From Eledone cirrhosa (Eukaryota), in assembly GCA_964016885.1 (NCBI GenBank), contig OZ024743.1:343418001-343482000 (forward strand): DNA of 64,000 nucleotides, in the 5' to 3' direction. The position numbers and the translations under genes were made by a program. Below, piece after piece: positions 1 through 12,470 of this stretch. Below the pieces are notes generated by a model. The model was not told the origin of the DNA. It saw only the letters and a list, made by a program, of their open reading frames with translations, and did no database searches. Positions within the stretch are counted from its first letter, which is position 1; the number at the start of each line of letters is the position of its first letter.

Positions 1-960
1 GAGTGGTCTGAAAAGAAACTTTTAATCCAAGAGCTGAGAGGCTTTCAATCCATCCATGGTTGGAGATTTTGCTAATAACAAGACCGCCAACACCAAAGTT
101 TTTAAAGGCAAGGAACCACGTATGAAAGTAGGTCTCAGAGAGATCTAGGTCTCAGAGAGATCTAGCTCTGCAGAAACCATACTGATATTCACCAAAAAAA
201 AAAAAGATCAGGTTAACGTTTATAACGTTTCCATAACCTTTGGAAGGGTGAACTATAAGATGGTGACTGGCAGAGTCAGACACGGTTACTTTTCTTTCAA
301 ATGAAACAAAAGTCAAGTGTGTACTTACATATACATGAAGTACATATGTGTATAATAAACCATACTATCACAATACATTCAGAACACACAATGTACACAG
401 AGTAAATAAATCCATTTCTTAAAGTGTTGTAGTTGTTATTATGGATGGCAACGATAGAAAGCCAGATAAAATGGTCCACAGTAATTAAATCGGCGCCACT
501 ACATGCCGAGTTCAAATCTGACCGAGGACGCTTTTGTTTTTTGTTGTTGTTTTTTTATCATATAGTTTCGCCTGTTAAAGCTTTCATTTACTGGATACTT
601 TCAATTGTGTTTATAGTGAAGTCAAACATCAACTGGGAAATTTTGTTCACCATGCCATCCAACTGCATGTGCTTGGGGTGAGCTTGAGAAAGGGATACGA
701 TAAATATCAGGTATGTAGTGAGTTGGTATATTCTTTTCAGACAAACCTGTGGTATAACTAATACTACTGCGAGAAATATAACCGCCTCATATTTATTTTC
801 TTTTACTTTCCTATTTATAGAGATACAGGATTAAATTAGATTACATAGCACTTTCGATATAATAGTCTAAACATGAAAATGTACGCATGTGTAAAAACAG
901 TGTATATAATTTACTCTATCGAATGAGGATGTATATAGTGTTTACTGAGTGTATATTGTA

Positions 961-1000
<40 letters not shown>

Positions 1001-1381
1001 CAGACACATTTGTACGGGTGTGTGTACTTTATAAGACTACATTTCTAACACAAAGGTCTGTGGAGCACTGTTTTTATACTGCATCACAAACATATATGGT
1101 GATCTTAATCAATTAACTAGACAAGTATAAAATAAAGTACTCAATATATTTAAAAACAGTATATACATTTATTTGAACATCCACATTACAGAGGTGATAT
1201 TACCTTTCTATCTCTCTCATATATATCTACATACACACACACATTATGCGTGTGTATAATATAAAATAATTTTATAAAACTATATATAGACAAAAATCGG
1301 ACTAGTGATATCGCCAATAGATCATCATGTAATGTATATAAGATATATATATAATATATATCAATAATTTCTATACTTTTC

Positions 1382-1509
<128 letters not shown>

Positions 1510-2807
1510 CTACAAGATAATTACCGACAGATGAGACTACGTATCTGTAGTAGTGTACATATACCAATATAAATTAATTGTTTCTACTTTTTGGCACAAG
1601 GCCAGCAATTATCTCAGTGTATTACTGGTACTTTATTTTATCGACCCCAAATTAATGAAAGCGTATATCGTAAGAGTATATATAATATACTCATTCACAA
1701 GATATTGAATACGTTATACGTGCTTGTCAATTGATTGTATACATGCTTAGAATATATACCAGTATATGTAATCATCTTTATAAGGGTTCATATACATGAG
1801 ATTATGTATGCATGGGTGGTATATATAGACTATACACATGGATTAAGATAAGCATGCCGATGCATGCATCATTAGCGAAGCAGTTAATGTGAGCAAGTTC
1901 TTTACACACTTAAAAGACGCTGTAATTATGAACTCCGTCATCGAAGACTGAAGAAAAAAGCAGAAATTGTGTTAATGTTGTCACGAGACGGACGAATGGA
2001 ACTTGTTGAAAGAATAACAAAAGTACAACGACCGGGTGAAATAATAATTACGACGATAATAACTACCCCTTTTTAGACTAGACACAAAGCCAATAGCTGA
2101 TTGAATCGATTCTTCATTTATCTGCTAGTGTTTCATGTATCGACCCATTGGTCGGAGTGAAAGATGAAGCCAACATTCCACTGTGTGTTGAACAATGTAA
2201 TGTCTAAATAGATACTGTAAAACATATAGACCGGCTTACAATAATGATTTTTAATGTAATATGAAGAATTATATTTATTTAAGAATGGGGAAAATAAATG
2301 AGGTTTGCGACATCCATGCCTTTCTAGAGAAGAGATAACCGAAACGGAGACGCAGAATCAGCAACCCGACTGTTATAATAATAGGAGACGGTGCTGGTAG
2401 CGGGGACAGGGAAACGTAATAAAATGATCGTAATTACGACGCCAGTAAGGTTTATGAATGTGATGATAATGCGACGATGAACGTGTGAACGGTGCCCGGA
2501 GAGATGAGGAAACGAACACACTAATGACAAAAACAACAACACGAGTACGAGTTAGGTGGTAGTGATGGTAACTGTGATGATATTGACAACAATACACGGG
2601 TCTCAAAGCAAAGGGAGGTAACTCGCTATCATGCTTTAATCAAAGCCATCCGCCCCACGCGCTACGTTCACCCACCACAAGACCACTAGCGACAATCTAT
2701 CGAGAATTACCACCACTCGTCGGATCGATGGTTAATTTGTCGGGATAACGGAGACGTTGGGGAGGAGAATGTTTATTCAATATATAGTGTGATAAAACAT
2801 AGCTTAC

Positions 2808-2897
2808 CTCAGTTTTAATTTCTCGAAGTAAATAATAAGTTACTCCGAACAGCCATATAATTCCGATGCCGAGCAGCAGGTGAAACCTCCTCCGCAT
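2808..2897 (-). CDS. GALNT2: First coding exon of a GALNT2-like polypeptide N-acetylgalactosaminyltransferase; gene continues beyond the left edge
   Basis: Encodes MRRRFHLLLGIGIIWLFGVTYYLLREIKTE, then the donor GAG|GTAAGC. Basic N-terminus plus type II TM helix with W..G..YY resembles the GALNT2/pgant2 N-terminus. CpG-rich, TE-free context. The catalytic domain is outside the window. Confidence 0.6.
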
Positions 2898-3760
2898 CCT
2901 GGTTGTGACTCCGATAGTTGTATTAACCACCGCCTCCCCATGCGAACATCGGACCTGCCGCTCCGCTACAAGATTTCAAACTCCGCCTAGATTTGTAACG
3001 AAAGTAGCTAATCGGAGCAGACTATGCGTGTTTGTTTTATTTATTTACTTGTTTGTTTAAATATTTAACCAATCAAAATCGTCCCAGCTAAGAAAAGGGG
3101 GAGGATAAAAAAAAGAAAAAAAAATATTAAATAAAAGACATAAATATAATTAAAATAAATAAGTATATAAATAAATAACCTAATAAACAAAAAGATTTGG
3201 TCAGAAAGTGTGTGAGTGGAGGCGCACTTGCGCTCTGCAATACTTCCGTTATGGAAGTTCATCGATGTCGCTGAGAAACATCAACTGAGAATGTGGAAGG
3301 TGGTGGTGATGACTAGCCAGACTCGTGTTAATTATATCCACATTGGGTCTCCATACCGTTTTTCCACCCTTACTTTCCTATTTCTCTTTATATCTCTTTT
3401 GATATACTGTCTGTGTGTGTTGGTATGTATGTAATGTGTGTGTATATATGTAAATATATATGTATAAATAAATAAACACATATATATACACATACACATC
3501 ATCATATCATTTTTATACCCGTTTTAAAAACGATGATATATATATATGTGTGTGTGTGTATGTATGTATATATATATATATATATATATATAAGACTTTT
3601 GTACCTCTGTTGTCTCCTTGAACTATACACACGTATATATAAAACCATGTGTATATAGCACACACAAACACACCCCCGTATCCTACCTATCTTCTCCCAA
3701 ACCCCCTTTCCTAATCTCACACTACTCCTACGTCCATCTGTTCTCCCCTTATCCGAACTT

Positions 3761-3793
3761 TCCAGAAGAAAGACTTCTGTCCGAAACGTTGGA
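3761..3793 (+). ncRNA. Degenerate Penelope-type hammerhead relic
   Basis: TC-CAGAAGA-AAGACTTCTGTCC-GAAACGTT-GGA; the CUGA box is mutated to CAGA. Confidence 0.4.
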
Positions 3794-3839
3794 CCCTCCT
3801 CCACTTCCTCCAAGCGTGAACCTAATATAACTGAATTCC

Positions 3840-5720
3840 TCACAAAACTCACTTCCTACTCTCATTTTACTGGCAGCTCCTCTGTACATAGCTTGAATTC
3901 CTCTCATAAGCCATTCTCCTACACCTAATCTCCTTCAGGCCTTTTCTAGATCAACAAAAGCTAAATATAGTGGCTTATTTTTTGGTTAGGAATTTCTCTT
4001 GTAATTGCCTCACTAAGGAGAGGGCATCGGTAGTACTTTTCCCAGGCATGACACCAAACTGTATCTCATTTGATTTGACTCTTTCCCTAATTAGCTGCAC
4101 TCTAACTCCTATCACTTTCATGGTCCATTAGTTTTAATCCTCTGTAGTTGCTGCATTCTAGAGCATCACATGGTCCATTAGTTTTAATCCTCTGTAGTTG
4201 CTGCATTCTAGAGCATCACCTTTGCCCTTGTAGCAATTTATGATTGTACTGCTGTATTACCTGGTTGACTATGCAAGTTACTAGTTTGACTCCTACTTCT
4301 GATGCTTTTAGTATCTCAGCAACTATTTCTGATGGTCCCACAGCTTTACCATTCTTCATCTCTTTGATTGCTTCTTTGACTCTAAAGCTATCAACTTCAA
4401 TAGCTGGTTCTTCTGATAGGTATGTTGGAGGTAGTCTCTCTTCTTCCCATTCATTCTCTATGTTCATCATGCTCTCACAGTAACATTTCCAGGCCTCTTT
4501 CTTTTGGGCATCAGTGGTGCTAAGTGCACCAGTGTCATTTCTAACACATTTTTCCCCAACATATCTATTTACACAAACACACTGTCTTGCAATGCAGAAC
4601 ACTTCACATCTCTGATCCGCACATCTCAAGACATTGACAAACTTTCTTTTTTCAGCCACTTTCTGAGCTGTGTATATCTGTTGTTTAGCTTATCTCTTAG
4701 CTACCTAGTACTGGTCTCAGCTACCCCCATTTTTCCAGTCTTTCCATGCCTCTCTCTTGGCTTTAATGGTTCTATACACTGTGCTGTTCCACCACCAAGT
4801 TTCCTCAGTAGTTGTCATGTAGGAATTTCCAGTTGTCCTTTATGTTATATGTACCTAGCTTGTACCCTCATCTACTGCAGCCTGTAGGGTCTTTCTAAAC
4901 CTATATTGAGCTTCCACACCCTTCATCACCATATTTTTCTGCTTATCTTGTTCTGTCTTGTTTAATTTGATGTCGCTAATAACTAATTTATGTTAGGTCG
5001 TGCATTCTTCCCCAAAGAATGCTTTAGTGTTTATTACAGTCAGTTTATCTCATTATCTTACGATTAACCCATTAGCAATCACATTACTCTATATATACTA
5101 TTATATTTTCATGGTAAAGGCTTTACCTCACATAATATCGAATCTATGAGATTTTGAAAGTATTTATTTTGAGAACAATACCTTAACATCAGTTTGAGTG
5201 ACCAGTTACAGCCAGTTTCAACAGAAAAAGAATTCTAGCTGGTTTTGGCCGGTTTGAATATTAAAGGATTAAGTAATCAATTTGGCCTGTGTGTTTACCT
5301 GACTGATATGAGATCAGGTGACTGGCTGGCTGGTTTCCTGAAATTTGTGTTGCAAATGGTTAGTTTATTTTTGTCACAGAATTCCAGAAGCCTCAATCCT
5401 TCTTCATTTCTTAAGCCATAGCCACAGAATCCATCCTCGTATTGCTCCACATGTCCATCAAAGTCGCCTGCCAGGATGATGAGGTTTCTTTCATCAATAC
5501 CTGAAGTTGTCTGTAAAAGTTCCTCATAGAACCTGTTCTTTTGGCCTTTACTTAGTCCTGCTTGTGGAGCATGTGTAGATGTGCCACCATTCTATTTCCT
5601 ACAGTTATTCTAAGCTTGATGATTCTATCACTTACTCTAACTACCTCTATTACCTTATCTATCCATTTCTCAGCTACTAACATGCTTACAGTGTTCACGC
5701 CTGTCCCCTGCAGTTGTTTT
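3840..5720 (-). mobile_element. Decayed RTE-clade LINE (EN-RT), with a MITE at 5064-5272 and a 50-bp tandem duplication at 4119-4218
   Basis: ORF fragments such as KEAWKCYCESMMNIENEW and EMKNGKAVGPSEIVAEILK; GDFDGHV endonuclease-like segment. Confidence 0.8.
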
Positions 5721-5771
5721 TGATCGGAGTCACTGCGCTTTCTCTCTCTCTCCCTCTTATATATATATATA

Positions 5772-6192
5772 TATTAGGATTGGTGCTCTGAAATAGCAAT
5801 GTATACATGAATGTATGTATAGTATATTTGGCAATATACCGTATGTTTAATTAAAAACATTTAGAAGACCATACGCTATCATTTTAAAGTAGTGACTATG
5901 TCACTTCTTTTCAACGAAAGAAGGGAGAGAAGCTGACAGTCTGTTTCATGCTGGTTGGCGTTCATCAGAGCCACGTACTCCCCTGCTTTCACCAAAAATT
6001 ATAGAAGCTGGATTCTTATAGAATTCCAGTACTAATCAAGAGCTGATTATACAGAGCGATTGCTGGTCCAGCAAAAATTAGGTATTAGGATTGGTGCTCT
6101 GAAATAGCGATGTATACATGAATGTATGTATAGTATATTTGGCAATATACCGAATGTTTAATTAAAAACATTTAGAAGACCATACGCTATCA
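5772..6192. repeat. 110-bp direct repeat (5772-5881 and 6083-6192), period 311 bp, flanking a hammerhead
   Basis: Near-identical copies TATTAGGATTGG...CATACGCTATCA. Confidence 0.9.
5931..5972 (-). ncRNA. Minimal type I hammerhead ribozyme motif
   Basis: Minus strand reads GGCT-CTGATGA-ACGCCAACCAGCAT-GAAAC-AGACT-GTC-AGCT: both core boxes, GUC cleavage triplet, 4-bp stem I, near-palindromic stem III. Confidence 0.7.
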
Positions 6193-6405
6193 GTTTTATA
6201 TATATATAATTCAGTTTTATATATATATAATTCAAGGGTAAGAAATTGTCTAGACAAGTTATCCACATATGCATGTTTATACAATAATATAGGTGCAATA
6301 ACATACGAAGATCTAAGAGTAAAGTTGTTAGAAGATCGATTCTTACCATCCATATACATATATAAATCAACTTACTTAAATATGGTAAAATTCCGAAATT
6401 TCAAT

Positions 6406-6482
6406 ATTTCTTACAGCTGTTTCATGAGTGCAAGAGAAATGGAAGGAACCATAAGATGAAACACTCAATCATCAGTAGAAAT
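6406..6482 (-). ncRNA. Type I hammerhead ribozyme motif
   Basis: Minus strand reads ATTTCTA-CTGATGA-TTGAGTG...CACTCAT-GAAAC-AGCT-GTA-AGAAAT: core boxes, 6-bp stem II, palindromic stem III ACAGCTGT, GUA site. Confidence 0.72.
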
Positions 6483-6847
6483 TCATCTTCCTAAATGCAT
6501 TAGAGATGACCAGTTACTATAGATTCAAAAGAGTATCTGAACGCACATGATGAGGAATGTACTAATAATTGTTTCTACTTTGGGCACAAGGCCAGCAATT
6601 ATCCCAGTGTATTACTGGTACTTTATTTTATCGACCCTTTAAGGATGAAAGGCAAAGTTAACCTCGGCGGGATTTGAACTCAGCGCCATAACTCTTTGCT
6701 GCAAAGCATGGTGTCTGACCCTCTACCGATACTGCCAATCAACAATATGCGGGTACAAACAGGCCAACGTGAACGCTAGAAATAGCAGTGAGTTTGGTCT
6801 AAAATGAATCAGCTCGACTAAAATTTATTGTTAGGAGCAGAAGCACA

Positions 6848-7209
6848 TATATTATAAGATTGATTAATATGTAAAATTATTAATCATATTGTCTGACAAA
6901 TGTATAGGTTAACCAAAGTACTAAAAATAGTCACTATTAGAACCTAAAGTCAGCTTTACTGATATAAAATTTAAGAATTTCCATTCAGAGCAGTTACACA
7001 ATAATTCAAGGGTAAAAAATTGTCTAGACAAATGTATCCACATATGTGTGTTTGTACAATAATATAAGAATATTTGTGTAACTCTTAAATTTTATATTTG
7101 TAGTGCTGACTTTAGGTTCTAGCAGTGACTATCTGTAACATTTTGATTAACCTATACTTTTGTCAGACAATGATTGATAATTTTATGTATTAATCAATAT
7201 TTTAATATA
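6848..7209. repeat. Imperfect inverted repeat with ~125-bp arms; Penelope-like non-autonomous unit
   Basis: 6848-6976 matches the reverse complement of 7083-7209; spacer 7002-7068 repeats 6228-6292. Confidence 0.8.
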
Positions 7210-7619
7210 TATATATTTTTTGTTTTATTTTATAGATAATCTAATCCCTACTGTGGTAGTACAATGATCTGAATCTAGTGGGAAGAAAGAGTTATAATCT
7301 TCACAGTTCATTGCACTATTTTTCCACTTCTTTTTTATTAAAATATGATCAAGTTGACATTGGGCACCATTTGGATATTTAACCCTTTAGCATTTACATT
7401 ACTCTATATATACTATTATATTTTCATGGTTAATGCTTTATCTCACATAATATTGAATCTATGAGATTTTGAAAGTATTTATTTTGAGAACAATACCTTA
7501 ACATCAGTTTGAGTGACCAGTTACAGCCAGTTTCAACAGAAAAAGGGGAGAATTCTGGCCGGTTTGAACATTAAAGGGTTAAATATCCATGACTTTCTTG
7601 GTTTTTCTCATACTTATCT

Positions 7620-9593
7620 TCTATATCAGTCAGATTACATTCATTTAAAAGATCCAACAATAATTCCTTTTGCCTGATCTGCACAAATACAAATGAGAAC
7701 ATCAAAGAAAATTACACAGTTGAAATTAATAACAGATACCATGCTCTTCAAGACCAATCTCAAGACAACTCTGCCAACACAATGATTGAAAACATAATTG
7801 AAGTACATAAAAAGGCTGCAGAATGGCACATATCTCTGAAACCATGCAAAGCAAACAAGAAGGTCCCATGAGAATACCAAAAAGTAGTAAGGAAAAGGAA
7901 AGAATTAAAAAGTGCCTATTCTAAACACATGCTTCATCCAACTAAAACAAACAGCTTATATTTGAAGCTAAAAGGAATTTGGATAATGTTTATATCAAAG
8001 AACTGCTGCATAATTCCCACTTAAATTGAAAAACTATGCTTGCATGGAGTGTTATCAATAAAAGAAAGAAATCCAGTCAAAGTAAGATAAAAGCTGAATG
8101 CCTCGAGGAAAGAGTAAAGTTGTGGAAGGAGCATTTTGTTAAGTTATTGGGACAACCTCTCTTGATAGTTGAAGGAAATATTGACAAGGTATTTGACCCA
8201 CTGCCTATTGATGTTGGTGATTTTACAATGCAGGAGTTGAAAAATGCAATCAAGTCAACACAAAACAACAAAGCTACAGGCTTGGATAATAAACCAGTAG
8301 AAGTATGGAAAGAGTTGCTTGAAATCTACCAACAGACTTTCAAAGGAAATGTACCAAAAATTTGAAGAAAAGGAGGAATAGTGCCTCTCATTTTATTGGT
8401 AGTTGCAGCTAAAATCTACAACAAACTCTAAACAGAATAAGACCAAATCTAGACCTGAAACTCAGAATAAATCAAAATAGTTTCAGACAGAATAGATCAA
8501 CTGTTTCACAAATATTGACATTGTGACGGCTACTAGAAGGCATCAGATAAAAGAACCTGAAAGCTGTACTAACTTTCATTGACTCCATCCATAGAGGAAA
8601 GCTTATGTCAACTCTAGTTGTATATGGCAGACTTGATGCCATAGTTTGATATAAATGTACTCTATATAAACATGAAGGCTCAAGTTCTCTTTCCTAATCG
8701 TGATACAGAGTTTTTTCAAATCCTAGTAGGTGTAGTTCAAGTTGACACATTGGCACCATATCTTTTCATAATTGCTCTGGACTATTCCATGAGGGAAGCC
8801 AATATTAATGAACATGATCTTAGTTTTACATTGACACAAAAGAGAAGTAAGCAAAACCCACAAACTGTAATATGTGATACAAATTTGGCTAATGACATAT
8901 TCAAGAACATCATAAACTCTAATTCTCTGCCAGAAAAATTGGTCTACACATAAATGTTATTAAGACAGAGTACATGTGACTAAACCAAAATGGAAATCTT
9001 GTCTCTCTGGATGGCAAAATATTAAATCAAGTTGATGATTTTCTATATTTTGGCAGCTGGGTGAGTTCATCAAAAAAGGACATTGACATTAGAATTTCCA
9101 AAGTTCGGGTTGCATTAAACAAATTGGAAAGAATATGGAAGTCAGATCTACCCAGAAAAATTAAAATATCATTTTTGTGAACATCTGTTGAGTCAGTGTT
9201 GTATGGATCGGGTACATGGATCCTGACACAGGTATTTGAGAAGAAACTAGATAGTGCATACACTAAAATGTTTAGGGTTGTACAAAACATAAACTGGCAT
9301 TAACATATTACAAATGAAAGTTTATACAGAAACTTGCCAAAGATGAGAACTACAATTGCTCAAAGGTTACAATTCGCAGGACATTGCTGGAGAAGTAAGC
9401 AGGAAGTTATACACAAGCTACTAGTGAGGGAACCAACTCACGGAAGATGCATTAGAGGAAGACCTGCTCAAACGTTCATTGATTAACTCAGACAATACAA
9501 GTAAAGAGCAGTTGCCGAGAGCAATGAAAAATTGTGAATTCTGGAGAGACTTTGTCAGGAATATTTGACTGTGGTCGCGATGATGATGATGAT
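7620..9593 (+). mobile_element. Decayed RTE-clade LINE with (GAT)n tail
   Basis: KATGLDNKPVEVWK, GVVQVDTLAPYLFIIALDY and DDFLYFGSW fragments; tail at 9578-9593. Confidence 0.85.
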
Positions 9594-10099
9594 ATAATGT
9601 ATGCATGAGAGTCAATGACCATCCAATAGTATGTACATGTGTATCTGTGTATATATATATACGCACATACACACACACATATATTATGCGCAGGGACATA
9701 GAAATACTCAGGCTGAGTGCGCAGTAAGCCCACTAGGAATGAGAGACCCTCTGATTCTCATTAGGATATCTCTCTAGGAGAGGGAAACTCTGATGTAAAA
9801 CCTGTGGCTTAATAGTAACTGATGATATTGATCTGTTCTTCTTTTCAGATTAAAGCTGTTGTTGCTCAGTGGGTGGTGTTGGTCCAGTGCAAGGCCTTTA
9901 AAAAGCTTCATGCAGAGGCATCACTCAATATCAGGTAATCTTTGAAATGATATGAATGGCTGAATGTATCTTTAAAAGGTGACATGATGAAAATGAATGC
10001 TCAAAATTTTGAAATAAATGAAAATAAGGGTTCTGGAACAACATGTGGTGAAAGGGTCTGACTTGGCAGGTGTCCTGGGACATTGCAGCCCAGGCCTAA

Positions 10100-12470
10100 T
10101 CATCATCCCAATACTGCAGTGAAACCTTTGAAGCCTTTAAATGTGAGTTGTTAGAATGTAAGGACACTGTTTGACACTACGTCATTGAAACATCCTGAGG
10201 AGAGATCAACCTTGTAGCCAAGGAGCTAAGTCACTACAACCTGGACATTCTTGCTCTGTCGGAAACTCATTTGCTGGGTGAAGGTCACATAATATAATAC
10301 ACTGTTGACTACACTTTCTTTTGGAAAAGTAGAGTGTAGAGGTTGGAGCGGCCTTTGCAATGAAATCAGAACTTATGCGCAGAGAAGAATTCCCATCGGG
10401 TATAAACGAGTTATTGGTGACAATAAGAATTCCACTGCAAAAAAGTAAATACCGTACTTCCTTGCATCGAAGACGCTACTTTTTTTTCCTAAAATAAGTC
10501 TCAAAAATCTACCATGTGTCCTGGGGGCCAAAGGTTTATTTTTTTCTTCAAATTTTTGGTTGTCAAAATTAGGGTGCGTCCTTGAGGACAAAGTGTCTTT
10601 GGCCCCGAGAAATACAGTATCTGCCTCTGAAGAAGAGAAATCATTTTTCTACCAAGCTTTAAAAGCTGTAGTAAGCAGTATTCCCATTGCAGATAAAGTT
10701 GTCATCTTTGGTGACCTTAATGCTAGGGTTGGTAATGACGACAAAACATGGAGTGTGATTGGCAAGCATGGTATTAGTCATTGTAACAGTAACAGACTAC
10801 TTTTGTCACAAATGTGTGAGGAGATGGGGTTATGCATCACTAACACTATATTCCAGCAAAATGATAAGTTTAAAACCAACTGGATGCATCTAGGATTTAA
10901 ACAATGGCACTTGTTGGATTATATTCTTATGTGTGGAAGTGTGATATTTGTGGCATTCGCTTGGTCAGGATCCTTCAGGTTCTGAGTGTTGTATGGACCA
11001 TCACTTGATTCATGCACAACTTAAACTTGTGTGTAAAGCATGGCTGTGCCCAAGATTAAATGCCTCATGTTTGAGGAAAAGTATTCTGGAAGAGTACAAA
11101 AACACCTCTCACCATCTTGAGTGTTAAGACAACTGGTCATCTTTTAAAGAGACACTTTACAGTGTTGGTGTTGATATTCTTGGTTATGTAACGAAAAGCC
11201 ATCAGGACTGGTTCAAGGAGAATAAGGAGATAGAAAAGATCTTGCAGGAGAAGATATGGTTGAGCCCTCTAAATGACAGACATAATGCTGTGAAAAAAGG
11301 AAAGGCTGGGAGGTAATTTGAAAGCAATCAAGGTGTGTAAAAGAGGGCTTCATCAGATGAAGGATGCATGGTGGAATAAGAAGGCCAATAAGATTCAGGC
11401 TACATCAGACTCCCATAACACAAAACAAATATACAATCTCTTGCATGAGGTTTATGGACCAGCTTCTTCCCTGATTGCACCTCTTCGCAATAAGGATGGA
11501 AATGAGCTTGTTTGTGATCTACGGGGTATCCTAAAAAGGTGGCAACAACATTTTGATGATCTTAATCTGCCTTCAAATGTTGATAAGGATTCTATAAACA
11601 GCCTTCCTGACAACCCTGTGAAGCATGCTTTGGCTAGTGCTCCTTCATTTGAGGTGGAGACAGCAGTGACTAAACCAAATTGTGGCAAATCTCCCAGAAT
11701 TACTGCAGAACTTTTAAAATCTGGAGGTGAGAACCTACTGAAATTACTTCCTTTCATCATACGTAACATCTGGAACAATGACACTGTTCCCTCTGATTGG
11801 CGAAATGCTCTGATGTTTTTCTTGTATAAGTGTAAGGGGAGTAAAGATAACTGCGGTAACTATCAAAGCATATCTTTGCTCTCTGTGGTAGAGAAGGTTT
11901 TGTGTAGGATTTTGTTGGATTCGTTGCTTACACACATTGCTAGAGATGCTCTTTCGGAATCCCAATCTGTTTTTTTGTGAAGGACATAATATGGATGTCA
12001 TGATCTTTTTTGCCAAACAATTTCAAAAGAAATGCTTAGAACAAGGTACAAATTGTACCAAGTTTTTGTTGATTTCACCAAGACTTTTGACATGAGACTT
12101 TGTACAGAACTTTGGAGAAGCTTGGGTGTCCTTAAAAATTTCTGAGTATTTTGAAAAAATTTCATGACAGCATGGCTACTCATTTAAATGTGGGTGGAAA
12201 GTTGTCTGAACGCAGCAATGGAGTGAAGCAGGGAGATATTCCTGCTCCTACACTGTTTGCTTTGTACTTAGCAATGGTATTTCAACTGGCTTTCAGGGAA
12301 TGTAGGCAGGTGTTTATGTCCATCATGGGACAAGAAATGTCTTCAATATCAGATGTTTTAAGACAATGACAAACGTAGTTTTGATATTGGCGAGGGATTT
12401 GAATGCTAATGACTGAGACAGTGTGGCTCACACAGAAGAGGATATGTAACACCTGATGGATGCTATCGAG
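10100..12470 (+). mobile_element. Decayed RTE/BovB-like LINE (EN plus RT)
   Basis: FGDLNARVG, WHLLDYIL, NYQSISLLSVVEKV and NGVKQGDIPAPTLF fragments, with many frameshifts. Confidence 0.85.
10450..10619. mobile_element. Tc1/pogo-type MITE inside the RTE
   Basis: TA-CCGTACTTCC...GAGAAATACAG-TA termini with TA target duplication. Confidence 0.65.
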
